Below the pieces are notes generated by a model, which searched no databases, was not told the origin of the DNA, and was given only the letters and a program-made list of their open reading frames with translations. This document shows, piece after piece, positions 43,694-50,521 of a stretch of 50,521 nucleotides of DNA; positions within the stretch are counted from its first letter, which is position 1, and the number at the start of each line of letters is the position of its first letter. A program made the position numbers and the translations under genes. Source of the stretch: an uncultured Candidatus Saccharibacteria bacterium (GTDB lineage Bacteria; Patescibacteriota; Minisyncoccia; Portnoybacterales; UBA2143). The DNA is taken from NCBI GenBank assembly GCA_964565215.1, contig CAZMCO010000003.1, positions 1 through 50,521 on the forward strand, read 5' to 3'.

Positions 43694-44677
43694 ATGAAAT
43701 ATTTTGATAAAGTTTATGGACAAGTAAAAATTAAAGAACCTTTGGTTCTGGAAATTATTAAGACCTCTTCTTTTCGGCGATTGAAAGGAATAGAACAAGC
43801 TGGCTATTTTGAAGTCTATTATCCAGGAACTTATTTTTCTCGGTTTGAGCATTCTTTAGGGGTATTTATTTTGTTAAGGAATTTTGGTGCTCCTTTTGAA
43901 GAACAGATAAGCGGTTTAATTCATGATCTTTCTCATGCTGTTTTTTCTCACTGTATTGATTATGTTTTGGCTGAAGGTTCGGAAAAGGAGCATAACCATC
44001 AAGATAATATTTTTGAACAATTCGTCAGAAAAACAGAAATTCCAGATATTCTAAAGAAATATAATCTTGGGCTAGATTATATTTTGAATAAAGATAACTT
44101 TCCTTTATTAGAGAAAAAATTACCAGATTTATGTGCTGATAGAATTGATTATTCATTACGGTCAGCTACAGGTTACGGAGAAATAAATAAAAAAGAAGTT
44201 AATTCTCTTTTAGTTGATTTAATAACAGAAAATAATAATTGGATTTTTAAGAATCAAGGAAACGCTAAAAGATTTAGCCAGCTGTTTGAAAAGATAAATA
44301 AGATATATTATGCTGGATTTTCTTCAGCAGTTATGTTTCGAACTGTCGGTGATGCAATAAAATATGCTTTAGAAAAAAAATATATTTCCAAAGATGATCT
44401 TTATACCACTGATAAAAAAGTTTTGAAAAAGATTAAAAAGCATCAGGGAAAAGATAAGGCATTAAATTTACTTCTTAGAAGGATGAATAATAAAATAAAA
44501 TTTGCCAATAATCCTAAAGATTATCAGGCGCGAGTTTTTTGTAAATCAAGAATAGTTGATCCTTTGTTTAAAAAAGAGGATTCCGATATTCGGCTTTCAG
44601 AAATTGATAAAAAATGGGCGGCTATTGTGAAGAAAGAATCTCAACCAAAAGAATATTTTATAAAATTCATTGATTGA
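43694..44677 (+). CDS. HD-domain metal-dependent phosphohydrolase (COG1078 / SAMHD1-like family)
   Basis: DKVYGQVKIKEPLVLEIIKTSSFRRLKGIEQAG ... SRFEHSLGV ... GLIHDLSHAVFSH ... ADRIDYSLRS. Confidence 0.8.
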   Translation: MKYFDKVYGQVKIKEPLVLEIIKTSSFRRLKGIEQAGYFEVYYPGTYFSRFEHSLGVFILLRNFGAPFEEQISGLIHDLSHAVFSHCIDYVLAEGSEKEHNHQDNIFEQFVRKTEIPDILKKYNLGLDYILNKDNFPLLEKKLPDLCADRIDYSLRSATGYGEINKKEVNSLLVDLITENNNWIFKNQGNAKRFSQLFEKINKIYYAGFSSAVMFRTVGDAIKYALEKKYISKDDLYTTDKKVLKKIKKHQGKDKALNLLLRRMNNKIKFANNPKDYQARVFCKSRIVDPLFKKEDSDIRLSEIDKKWAAIVKKESQPKEYFIKFID

Positions 44678-44679
44678 TT

Positions 44680-45318
44680 ATGGCTTATATATTTTTAGAT
44701 GAATCAGGTGATTTAGGATTTGATTTTAAAAAGAAGAAAACTTCGCGTATTTTTGTAATTACTTGTTTATTTGTAGATAATAAAAGGCCAATTGAAAAGA
44801 TAGTAAAAAAGACGCATTCAGAGTTAAGGAAGAAATATAAAAGAAGATTTGGTATTTTACATTGTTTCAAGGAAAAACCAATTACCCGTCAAAGATTATT
44901 AAAACGATTACGTGAGAAAGATTGTGTTATTATGACAATTTATCTTAATAAAAAGAAAGTTTATACAAAATTAAAAAATGAAAAACAAGTTCTTTATAAT
45001 TATGTGACTAATATTTTATTAGATAGAATATATTCAAAAAAATTGATTCCAGTAGGACGTCAGATAGAACTTATTGCCTCAAGAAGAGAGACAAATAAAT
45101 TTCTAAACGAAAATTTTAAAAACTATCTTAATCTTCAGGCAAGAAACGGTCATAAGATTGATGTAAAAGTTCATATTAGGACTCCTTCCGAAGAAAAATC
45201 TTTACAAGTAGTTGACTTTGTCAGTTGGGCGATTTTTAGAAAGTATCAATACAAAGATGATAGTTATTATAATTTAATCAAAAATAAAATAGCGGAAGAA
45301 AATCCGCTCTTTCCCTAA
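44680..45318 (+). CDS. DUF3800-family protein
   Basis: The N-terminal MAYIFLDESGDLGF signature and the C-terminal LQVVDFVSWAIFRKY are typical of DUF3800. The start lies 2 nt after the HD gene stop. Confidence 0.65.
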   Translation: MAYIFLDESGDLGFDFKKKKTSRIFVITCLFVDNKRPIEKIVKKTHSELRKKYKRRFGILHCFKEKPITRQRLLKRLREKDCVIMTIYLNKKKVYTKLKNEKQVLYNYVTNILLDRIYSKKLIPVGRQIELIASRRETNKFLNENFKNYLNLQARNGHKIDVKVHIRTPSEEKSLQVVDFVSWAIFRKYQYKDDSYYNLIKNKIAEENPLFP

Positions 45319-45464
45319 AAATAACAAAACCTCGTGCACTATTTACGAGCAACCATCCGGAAGCCCACACACGAGGATTTACTTGTTGTAAATAATATAG
45401 CAGAAAGAAATTATAGTGTCAATAGCAGAAATGGGGATAATTTTTATTTGATTAATTAAGGTTC

Positions 45465-45827
45465 ATGTTTTTTAAGGAGCCAAAGAATACAAAAGAGATG
45501 TATTGGACGAGGCATGTTAAAGAAAAGATGCGTTATTATGGATTGGGCGAGGGACGGTTACGCCGGATTTTGAAAAGTCCAGCCCGGCAAGAAAAAGGGA
45601 TTGCTCCGCGAACCATTGCCTTAATGCAGTCAGCCGGAACAAAAAAGCCCAGCGAGATTTGGTTAATGTATCAGCAGGTTGGCCAGAAAAAAAGAATGAT
45701 TTCAGCTTGGCGTTATCCAGGAGTTACTCCAAAGGGCGAGCCAATTCCTATTCCAGAGGATATCATGGAAGAACTAAGAGAGGTATTTAAGGTGCGTCCT
45801 TTTGACAAAAGAAGGAGAACGAAGTAG
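45465..45827 (+). CDS. Small conserved-looking hypothetical protein (possibly DUF4258-like)
   Basis: 120-aa ORF, more GC-rich than its neighbours. WTRHVKEKMRYYGLGEGRLRRIL ... EIWLMYQQ ... ISAWRYPG. The family assignment is tentative. Confidence 0.45.
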   Translation: MFFKEPKNTKEMYWTRHVKEKMRYYGLGEGRLRRILKSPARQEKGIAPRTIALMQSAGTKKPSEIWLMYQQVGQKKRMISAWRYPGVTPKGEPIPIPEDIMEELREVFKVRPFDKRRRTK

Positions 45828-45837
45828 AGTAAAAATA

Positions 45838-47274
45838 ATGAGTATTTTTAGTAAAAGTCCAGAGAGATCTGCCAAAGTCGGGAAAAAGGTCCCTTGGATT
45901 ATTTTTATTATTTTTTTAGTTGGCTTATTAGCTGCTTTTTTAGATTATCCAGTTATTTGGGATAGAGGAGTTAATTGGTTAAATAATCAGATTGGTTCAG
46001 AAATACTGCCTCATTTTTATAAATTACCTTTTAAATTAGGACTTGATTTACAAGGCGGTACTCATTTGGTTTATCAAGCAGATTTGGCCAACATTGAATC
46101 GGGTGATTATATGGATTCTATGCAGGGAGTGCGTGATGTAATTGAGCGACGGGTTAATCTTTTTGGGGTAGCTGAACCAGTTGTTCAAATTAATAAAGCT
46201 GGTTCCAATTATCGACTAATTGTTGAATTAGCTGGAATTAAAGATGTTCATCAGGCTATTGAAATGATTGGACAGACACCTTCTTTAGATTTTCGGGAAG
46301 AAAGAAATCCAGGGGAAACGGAAAATATTTTAGCTGACCTACAAGAAATTCAAGAAAAATTGGCCCAAGGATTATCTCTTACTCCGGAAGAAGAAAAACA
46401 ATTATTTGAAGATCCTTATTTTCAACCAACTAGCTTAACTGGCCGCTATCTTAAAGGAGCTCAATTAGACTTTAGTCAACAAACTTATCAATCGCAGGTT
46501 AATCTTCAGTTTGACGATGAGGGCAGCAAGATTTTTGAAGAATTAACCAAGAATAATGTTGGTCAGCGATTAGCTATTTATTTAGATGGAGCGCCAATTA
46601 GCGCTCCCGTGGTTCAGGAAGCAATCTCCGGGGGCAAAGCTCAAATTACCGGCAATTTTACCTTAGCCGAAGCTAAAGAGTTAGTTCAACGTCTCAATGC
46701 TGGTGCTTTGCCGGTGCCGATAAATTTAATTAATCAACAGACCATTGGGGCTAGCTTAGGCCGTCTTTCTTTAGAACAATCCCTACGAGCGGCTCTTTGG
46801 GGATTTTTGGCTATTTTGCTTTTTATAATCCTTTATTATCGTTTACCCGGGCTAGTGGCTAGTTTGGCTCTTTTAGTTTATATCGCTTTGATTTTAGCTC
46901 TCTTTAAATTAATTCCAGTTACTTTAACTTTGGCTGGCATTGCTGGATTTATTTTATCTATCGGCATGGCGGTTGATGCTAATATTCTTATTTTTGAACG
47001 ACTTAAGGAAGAGCTTAGGTCAGGCAAAAGTTTAGGTGGCAGTATTGACGAAGGCTTTAAACGGGCTTGGCCAGCCATTCGCGACGGTAACATTTCCACT
47101 ATTATTACTTGTTTAATTTTATATATTTTTGCCACTGGCTTGGTTAAGGGATTTGCTTTAACCTTAGGAATTGGTGTTCTAATGAGCATGTTTAGCGCTA
47201 TTGTAGTGACCAGAAGTTTTTTAAGATGGTTTATTGGCAAAAAAATAGAAAGATGGAAAAAACTATGGATATAG
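45838..47274 (+). CDS. secD: Protein translocase subunit SecD
   Basis: LGLDLQGGTHLVYQADL, VAEPVVQ, LAIYLDGAPISAPVVQEAISGG, GASLG, and the C-terminal 6-TM region with GMAVDANILIFERLKEE. The ATG at 45838 is preferred over the TTG at 45802. Confidence 0.93.
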   Translation: MSIFSKSPERSAKVGKKVPWIIFIIFLVGLLAAFLDYPVIWDRGVNWLNNQIGSEILPHFYKLPFKLGLDLQGGTHLVYQADLANIESGDYMDSMQGVRDVIERRVNLFGVAEPVVQINKAGSNYRLIVELAGIKDVHQAIEMIGQTPSLDFREERNPGETENILADLQEIQEKLAQGLSLTPEEEKQLFEDPYFQPTSLTGRYLKGAQLDFSQQTYQSQVNLQFDDEGSKIFEELTKNNVGQRLAIYLDGAPISAPVVQEAISGGKAQITGNFTLAEAKELVQRLNAGALPVPINLINQQTIGASLGRLSLEQSLRAALWGFLAILLFIILYYRLPGLVASLALLVYIALILALFKLIPVTLTLAGIAGFILSIGMAVDANILIFERLKEELRSGKSLGGSIDEGFKRAWPAIRDGNISTIITCLILYIFATGLVKGFALTLGIGVLMSMFSAIVVTRSFLRWFIGKKIERWKKLWI

Positions 47275-48146
47275 TTTCTCACCGCAAAATCTATTTCTCT
47301 ATTTCTATAATTCTGGTTTTAGCCAGCATGGTTGGTTTATTGCTTTGGGGATTAAATTTAGCTATTGATTTTACTGGCGGCACTTTAATGGAAGTGGAAT
47401 TTTTAGAAAATCGGCCGAGTAATCAAGAGATTCAGGAAAAGTTAACAAATTTGGAATTAGGACAGATTAATCTTCAATCAACTGGTCAAAAGGGATTAAT
47501 CCTGCGTTTAAAAGACATTGACGAAGTAACTCATCAAGAAATTTTGACAAGAATTGGCCTAGAACAGTCAAATGAAAAAAGATTTGAATCAATTGGTCCT
47601 TTAATTGGCAGAGAATTAAAAACAAAGGCCTCTTGGGCAATTGGTTTGGCTCTTTTAGCAATTGTCCTCTATATTGCTTGGGCTTTTCGTAAGATTTCTA
47701 AGCCGGTTGCCTCTTGGCAGTATGGGCTAATAGCTATCATTGCTTTATTTCATGATACTTTTATTACCCTTGGTCTTTTTTCAGTGCTTGGTCATTATTT
47801 AAATATAGAAATAGGATTGTCTTTGGTAGCTGCTTTTTTAACCATTCTTGGCTATTCGGTGAATAATAGTATAGTTATTTTTGACCGAACTCGCGAGAAT
47901 CTTTTAAAAACTAGTTGGACTGATTTTAAAGAGACAATTAACCAAAGTATTAATCAAAGCCTGACTCGCTGTCTTAACACTGCTTTGACGACTCTTTTTG
48001 TTCTTTTAGCTATCTTTTTCTTAGGTGGCCAAAGTATTAAATATTTTGCCTTAGCCTTAGCCGTTGGTATAATCATTGGCACTTACTCTTCTATTTTTAT
48101 TACCAGTTCCTTAATTGTTGTTTGGCAAAGATGGAAAAAAAGATAA
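47253..48146 (+). CDS. secF: Protein translocase subunit SecF
   Basis: NLAIDFTGGTLMEVEF, HDTFITLGLFSVLG, GYSVNNSIVIFDRTREN. The start is the ATG at 47253 or 47265, and it overlaps the secD 3' end. Confidence 0.9.
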   Translation: MEKTMDIVSHRKIYFSISIILVLASMVGLLLWGLNLAIDFTGGTLMEVEFLENRPSNQEIQEKLTNLELGQINLQSTGQKGLILRLKDIDEVTHQEILTRIGLEQSNEKRFESIGPLIGRELKTKASWAIGLALLAIVLYIAWAFRKISKPVASWQYGLIAIIALFHDTFITLGLFSVLGHYLNIEIGLSLVAAFLTILGYSVNNSIVIFDRTRENLLKTSWTDFKETINQSINQSLTRCLNTALTTLFVLLAIFFLGGQSIKYFALALAVGIIIGTYSSIFITSSLIVVWQRWKKR

Positions 48147-48150
48147 AAGG

Positions 48151-48179
48151 TTGACTACTATTAAATAATGTGTTAGATT
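48151..48179 (+). promoter_or_regulatory. Candidate promoter, TTGACT-N17-(TGT)TAGATT, ending 6 nt before the ATG at 48186
   Basis: ttgact at 48151-48156, 17-nt spacer ending in tgt (extended -10-like TGn), tagatt at 48174-48179. Confidence 0.45.
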
Positions 48180-48185
48180 TTAAAT

Positions 48186-49208
48186 ATGAAATATGAAAAG
48201 TTAGCTTTCCAGGCAATTAGAAGTATTTCTAATCCGCGGACACAGGAGATTATTTCTTTACGTTTTGGTTTAAAAGACGGTCAGCGGCAGACCCTGGAAG
48301 CAATTGGCCAAAAATATAGCATTACTCGAGAGCGGGTTCGTCAAGTGGAGGAAGCCGCTTTTTTTGATTTTAGAAAACCAGCTCTGATGAATTTATTTAA
48401 ACCAGCCTTTCAGTCAATTGATAATTTTTTTAACCAGCAAGGCCAAGTGGCTAGAGAAGAAAGATTGCTTTTTTCTCTAACCAATCAGCAACATCCCCAT
48501 CCAGTTCGAGGGGGTCTTTTATTTGTTTTAAACTTGGGACAACCCTATCAACGTTCTGTCGAATCAGATAAATTTTATTCTCTTTGGACTAATTCTTTGT
48601 CCGCTTTAAATAAAGCTGACTCTTTTATTATTAATTTGGTTAATGAATTAAAGAAAAAAGAAGAACCAATTCCCTTAAATTATATTTTAACTTACCTTAA
48701 AAAGGAAAATGCTATTCTACCTAAAGAATCCTTACTTTCTTATTTAGATGTGACTAAACAAATTGACCAAGATAACTTTGGTTATTTTGGTTTAAGCAGT
48801 TGGCCACAGATTAATCCGCACGGCGTCAAAGATAAAGCTTATCTTATTTTTAGAGAAGAGAATCGTCCCTTGCATTTTAGAGAAGTAGCTAATCTTATTA
48901 ATCAAAGTAGTTTAAATTCAACAAGGCAAGCTCGTCCCCAAACTGTTCATAATGAACTGATTAAAGATGCTCGTTTTGTCTTGGTTGGTCGAGGAACTTA
49001 TGCCTTAAAAGAGTGGGGCTATCAACCAGGGACTATTAGAGAAGTGGTTATTCAAACATTAAAGGAGGCTGGTCCTTTAACTAGAGAGGAAATTTTAAAT
49101 AAAGTTCTAAAAAAACGGCTAGTCAAGCCCAATACTGTGCTAATCAATCTCCAAAATCAGGAATACTTTATTAAGGATGAAAAGGGAAAGTATGCCTTAG
49201 CCAAGTAA
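48186..49208 (+). CDS. Sigma-70 region 4-like HTH protein with C-terminal HARE-HTH-like domain
   Basis: The N-terminus RTQEIISLRFGLKDGQRQTLEAIGQKYSITRERVRQVEEAA looks like sigma region 4. The C-terminus PLHFREVANLINQ ... VHNELIKDARFVLVGRGTYALKEWG is HARE-HTH/RpoE-delta-like. Confidence 0.65.
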   Translation: MKYEKLAFQAIRSISNPRTQEIISLRFGLKDGQRQTLEAIGQKYSITRERVRQVEEAAFFDFRKPALMNLFKPAFQSIDNFFNQQGQVAREERLLFSLTNQQHPHPVRGGLLFVLNLGQPYQRSVESDKFYSLWTNSLSALNKADSFIINLVNELKKKEEPIPLNYILTYLKKENAILPKESLLSYLDVTKQIDQDNFGYFGLSSWPQINPHGVKDKAYLIFREENRPLHFREVANLINQSSLNSTRQARPQTVHNELIKDARFVLVGRGTYALKEWGYQPGTIREVVIQTLKEAGPLTREEILNKVLKKRLVKPNTVLINLQNQEYFIKDEKGKYALAK

Positions 49209-49211
49209 AAA

Positions 49212-50521
49212 ATGTCCAATCCCTTACAGATTATTTTTACTTTCCTTACTGATCTCTATTACATCGGAGGGTTTTTATTATCCCTTTGGTGGATTTATCT
49301 TCCCCTAATTCTTCTTTTATTGGTTAAAGATTTATGGCTGAAAAACGTCAGGCAAAAATTTATTCAAAAGATGGATTGGGTTTTACTGGAAGTTAAGCCG
49401 CCAGCTGAAATCAAGAAAACGCCCCGGGCTATGGAACAATTTTTTGCTGGCTTGCATGGTTGTCAAAGAACACCTAACTGGAAAGAGAAAAATTTAGGAG
49501 GAGAGGTTCAAGAATGGTTTAGTTTAGAAATAGTCAGTCAGAGCGGTGAAATTCATTTTCTTATTCGAACGCATTCAATGTACCGAAATTTAGTTGAGGC
49601 GCAAATTTATGCCCAATACCCAGAAGCAGAAATTAGTCAAGTAGATGATTATGTTCAATTAGTGCCAACTGATATTCCCAATCAAGATTATGATTTATGG
49701 GGAACAGAGTTAATTTTAGACAAAGAGGATGCTTATCCTATCCGGACCTATCCTGATTTTGAAAAAAATATTCTTTTAGAAGAACAGCGAATTGACCCAA
49801 TTGCTTCTCTATTAGAGGTAATGAGTAAATTGAACCAAGGAGAACAGATTTGGATTCAGACACTAATTCGGCCAGTTATGGATGATTGGAAAAAAACTGG
49901 TGAGGAATTAAGAGATAAATTAATTAAGCGGGTTACCGAAAGGAAACAAGGCGAGCTAACAAAAGAATTTATTGCCTGGAAAGATGCTTTTCGAGGGGAA
50001 GCTTTTCGATTGGCGGCTGGTGAGTCGCTGGAAGAAAAAAAAGATGAAGAAGATAAGAGATGGAAAACTTTCTTAAATCCACCTACCCAAAGAGAGAAGG
50101 ATGTTGTGACAGCTATTGAGGATAATATTTCTAAAATCGGTTTTGAGGTAATTATCAGATTTCTTTATTTAGCCCAGCGGGATGTTTTTGCTAAGCCAAA
50201 TGTGGCGGCCGTGATTGGCTGCTATAAGCAATTTAATACTCAACACCTTAATGGCTTTAAGCCTAATAAAAAAATCACTAGCAAGATTGATTACAAGATT
50301 CAATTAAAAGGACCTCGAGAAATTTATCGAAAAAGAAAAATATTAGCTGCTTATAAAAAAAGAGATTTTGTTCAACAATCAAAGGTGATTAAATATCTTA
50401 AGCCATTATTCTTTGAACGCTTACCTATATTTAATTGGTTTTCTATTAGAAGCCAGCCCTTTGTTTTTAACATAGAGGAATTAGCTACTGTTTATCATTA
50501 TCCAGGGATGATGGTTAAAGC
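49212..50521 (+). CDS. Membrane-anchored conserved hypothetical protein, 5' partial (continues past the window end)
   Basis: Open frame from the ATG at 49212 to the window end (436 codons); it is absent from the ORF track because it has no stop. N-terminal TM (IIFTFLTDLYYIGGFLLSLWWIYLPLILLLLV), then a soluble region ending EELATVYHYPG. It may be the N-terminal part of a larger ATPase-type protein, but that is speculative. Confidence 0.6.
   Translation, partial: MSNPLQIIFTFLTDLYYIGGFLLSLWWIYLPLILLLLVKDLWLKNVRQKFIQKMDWVLLEVKPPAEIKKTPRAMEQFFAGLHGCQRTPNWKEKNLGGEVQEWFSLEIVSQSGEIHFLIRTHSMYRNLVEAQIYAQYPEAEISQVDDYVQLVPTDIPNQDYDLWGTELILDKEDAYPIRTYPDFEKNILLEEQRIDPIASLLEVMSKLNQGEQIWIQTLIRPVMDDWKKTGEELRDKLIKRVTERKQGELTKEFIAWKDAFRGEAFRLAAGESLEEKKDEEDKRWKTFLNPPTQREKDVVTAIEDNISKIGFEVIIRFLYLAQRDVFAKPNVAAVIGCYKQFNTQHLNGFKPNKKITSKIDYKIQLKGPREIYRKRKILAAYKKRDFVQQSKVIKYLKPLFFERLPIFNWFSIRSQPFVFNIEELATVYHYPGMMVK

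Noticed and set aside
45811-45817. GAAGGAG as a Shine-Dalgarno sequence for secD
   Set aside because: It lies 20 nt upstream of the ATG at 45838, outside the functional 5-10 nt window, and it is within the coding region of the preceding gene.
10066-47252. N-terminal extensions in the ORF track that begin at TTG or GTG or at early ATGs (10066, 12647, 24599, 39308, 43174, 44674, 45802, 47226)
   Set aside because: In each case a downstream ATG lies right at or after the preceding gene's stop and gives an N-terminus typical of the family. Examples are MPKVLLINPPF for the rSAM, MFYFKENIPLAKYTSF for MurB, MAYIFLDESGD for DUF3800 and MSIFSK... for SecD. The extensions would overlap upstream genes by tens of nt.
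11876-47661. All other minus-strand ORFs in the track embedded in + strand genes: 11876-12064, 16313-16495, 18676-18888, 22367-22798, 25479-25661, 26151-26552, 26503-26694, 27080-27361, 39016-39327, 40320-40502, 42132-42317, 44685-44870, 46878-47282, 47467-47661. Also the + strand ORF 34787-35053 inside the minus-strand phosphoglycosyltransferase gene.
   Set aside because: Each is fully contained antisense within an ORF that has strong family motifs. The translations are low-complexity (F/L/I/K/S-rich), as expected from the reverse complement of AT-rich coding DNA.
1-50521. Search for CRISPR arrays, rRNA or tRNA genes, IS elements, transposases, integrases and prophage genes
   Set aside because: I saw no regularly spaced direct repeats, no cloverleaf-like GC-rich 70-90 nt segments in the few spacers, and no ORF with DDE, tyrosine-recombinase or serine-recombinase motifs. 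Nothing supports such calls.

Overview
This is an AT-rich (roughly one-third GC by eye), very gene-dense window, almost entirely on the + strand. It uses the standard bacterial code: many genes end in TGA, often with ATGA or TAATG start/stop overlaps. Gene content and style suggest a small-genome, CPR/Patescibacteria-like bacterium. The clues are O-antigen-ligase-like proteins fused to TPR repeats, a sigma region 4 plus HARE-HTH protein, a modular beta-rich surface protein, LIRA..G...VY wall-binding-type repeats, and almost no Shine-Dalgarno motifs. That origin is an inference only.

Layout:
- 150-3074: a giant modular Ser/Thr-rich surface protein.
- 3149-39351: a ~32-36 kb glycan assembly and tailoring island, bracketed by two paralogous Wzy_C-TPR membrane proteins. 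It holds 7 GT4, 2 GT2 and 1 GT-C glycosyltransferases, an initiating phosphoglycosyltransferase, a Wzx flippase and a UPF0104 flippase-like protein. It also holds four B12-binding radical SAM enzymes, one SPASM radical SAM enzyme, four SAM methyltransferases (one frameshifted at an A_AAA_AAG tract), two Ntn-type amidotransferases (one an unusual fusion) and a secreted gluzincin-like peptidase.
- 39338-50521: housekeeping genes (compact murB, hpf, secA, secD, secF), a 330-nt structured spacer with a polybasic micro-ORF, an NlpC-like / HD / DUF3800 trio, a sigma-r4/HARE-HTH protein, and a partial membrane-protein gene running off the 3' end.

I recognised no rRNA, tRNA, CRISPR array, transposase or integrase. 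The most interesting element is the radical-SAM-rich, cobalamin-dependent glycan tailoring island. All calls come from reading motifs in the supplied translations and the DNA; no database search was possible.
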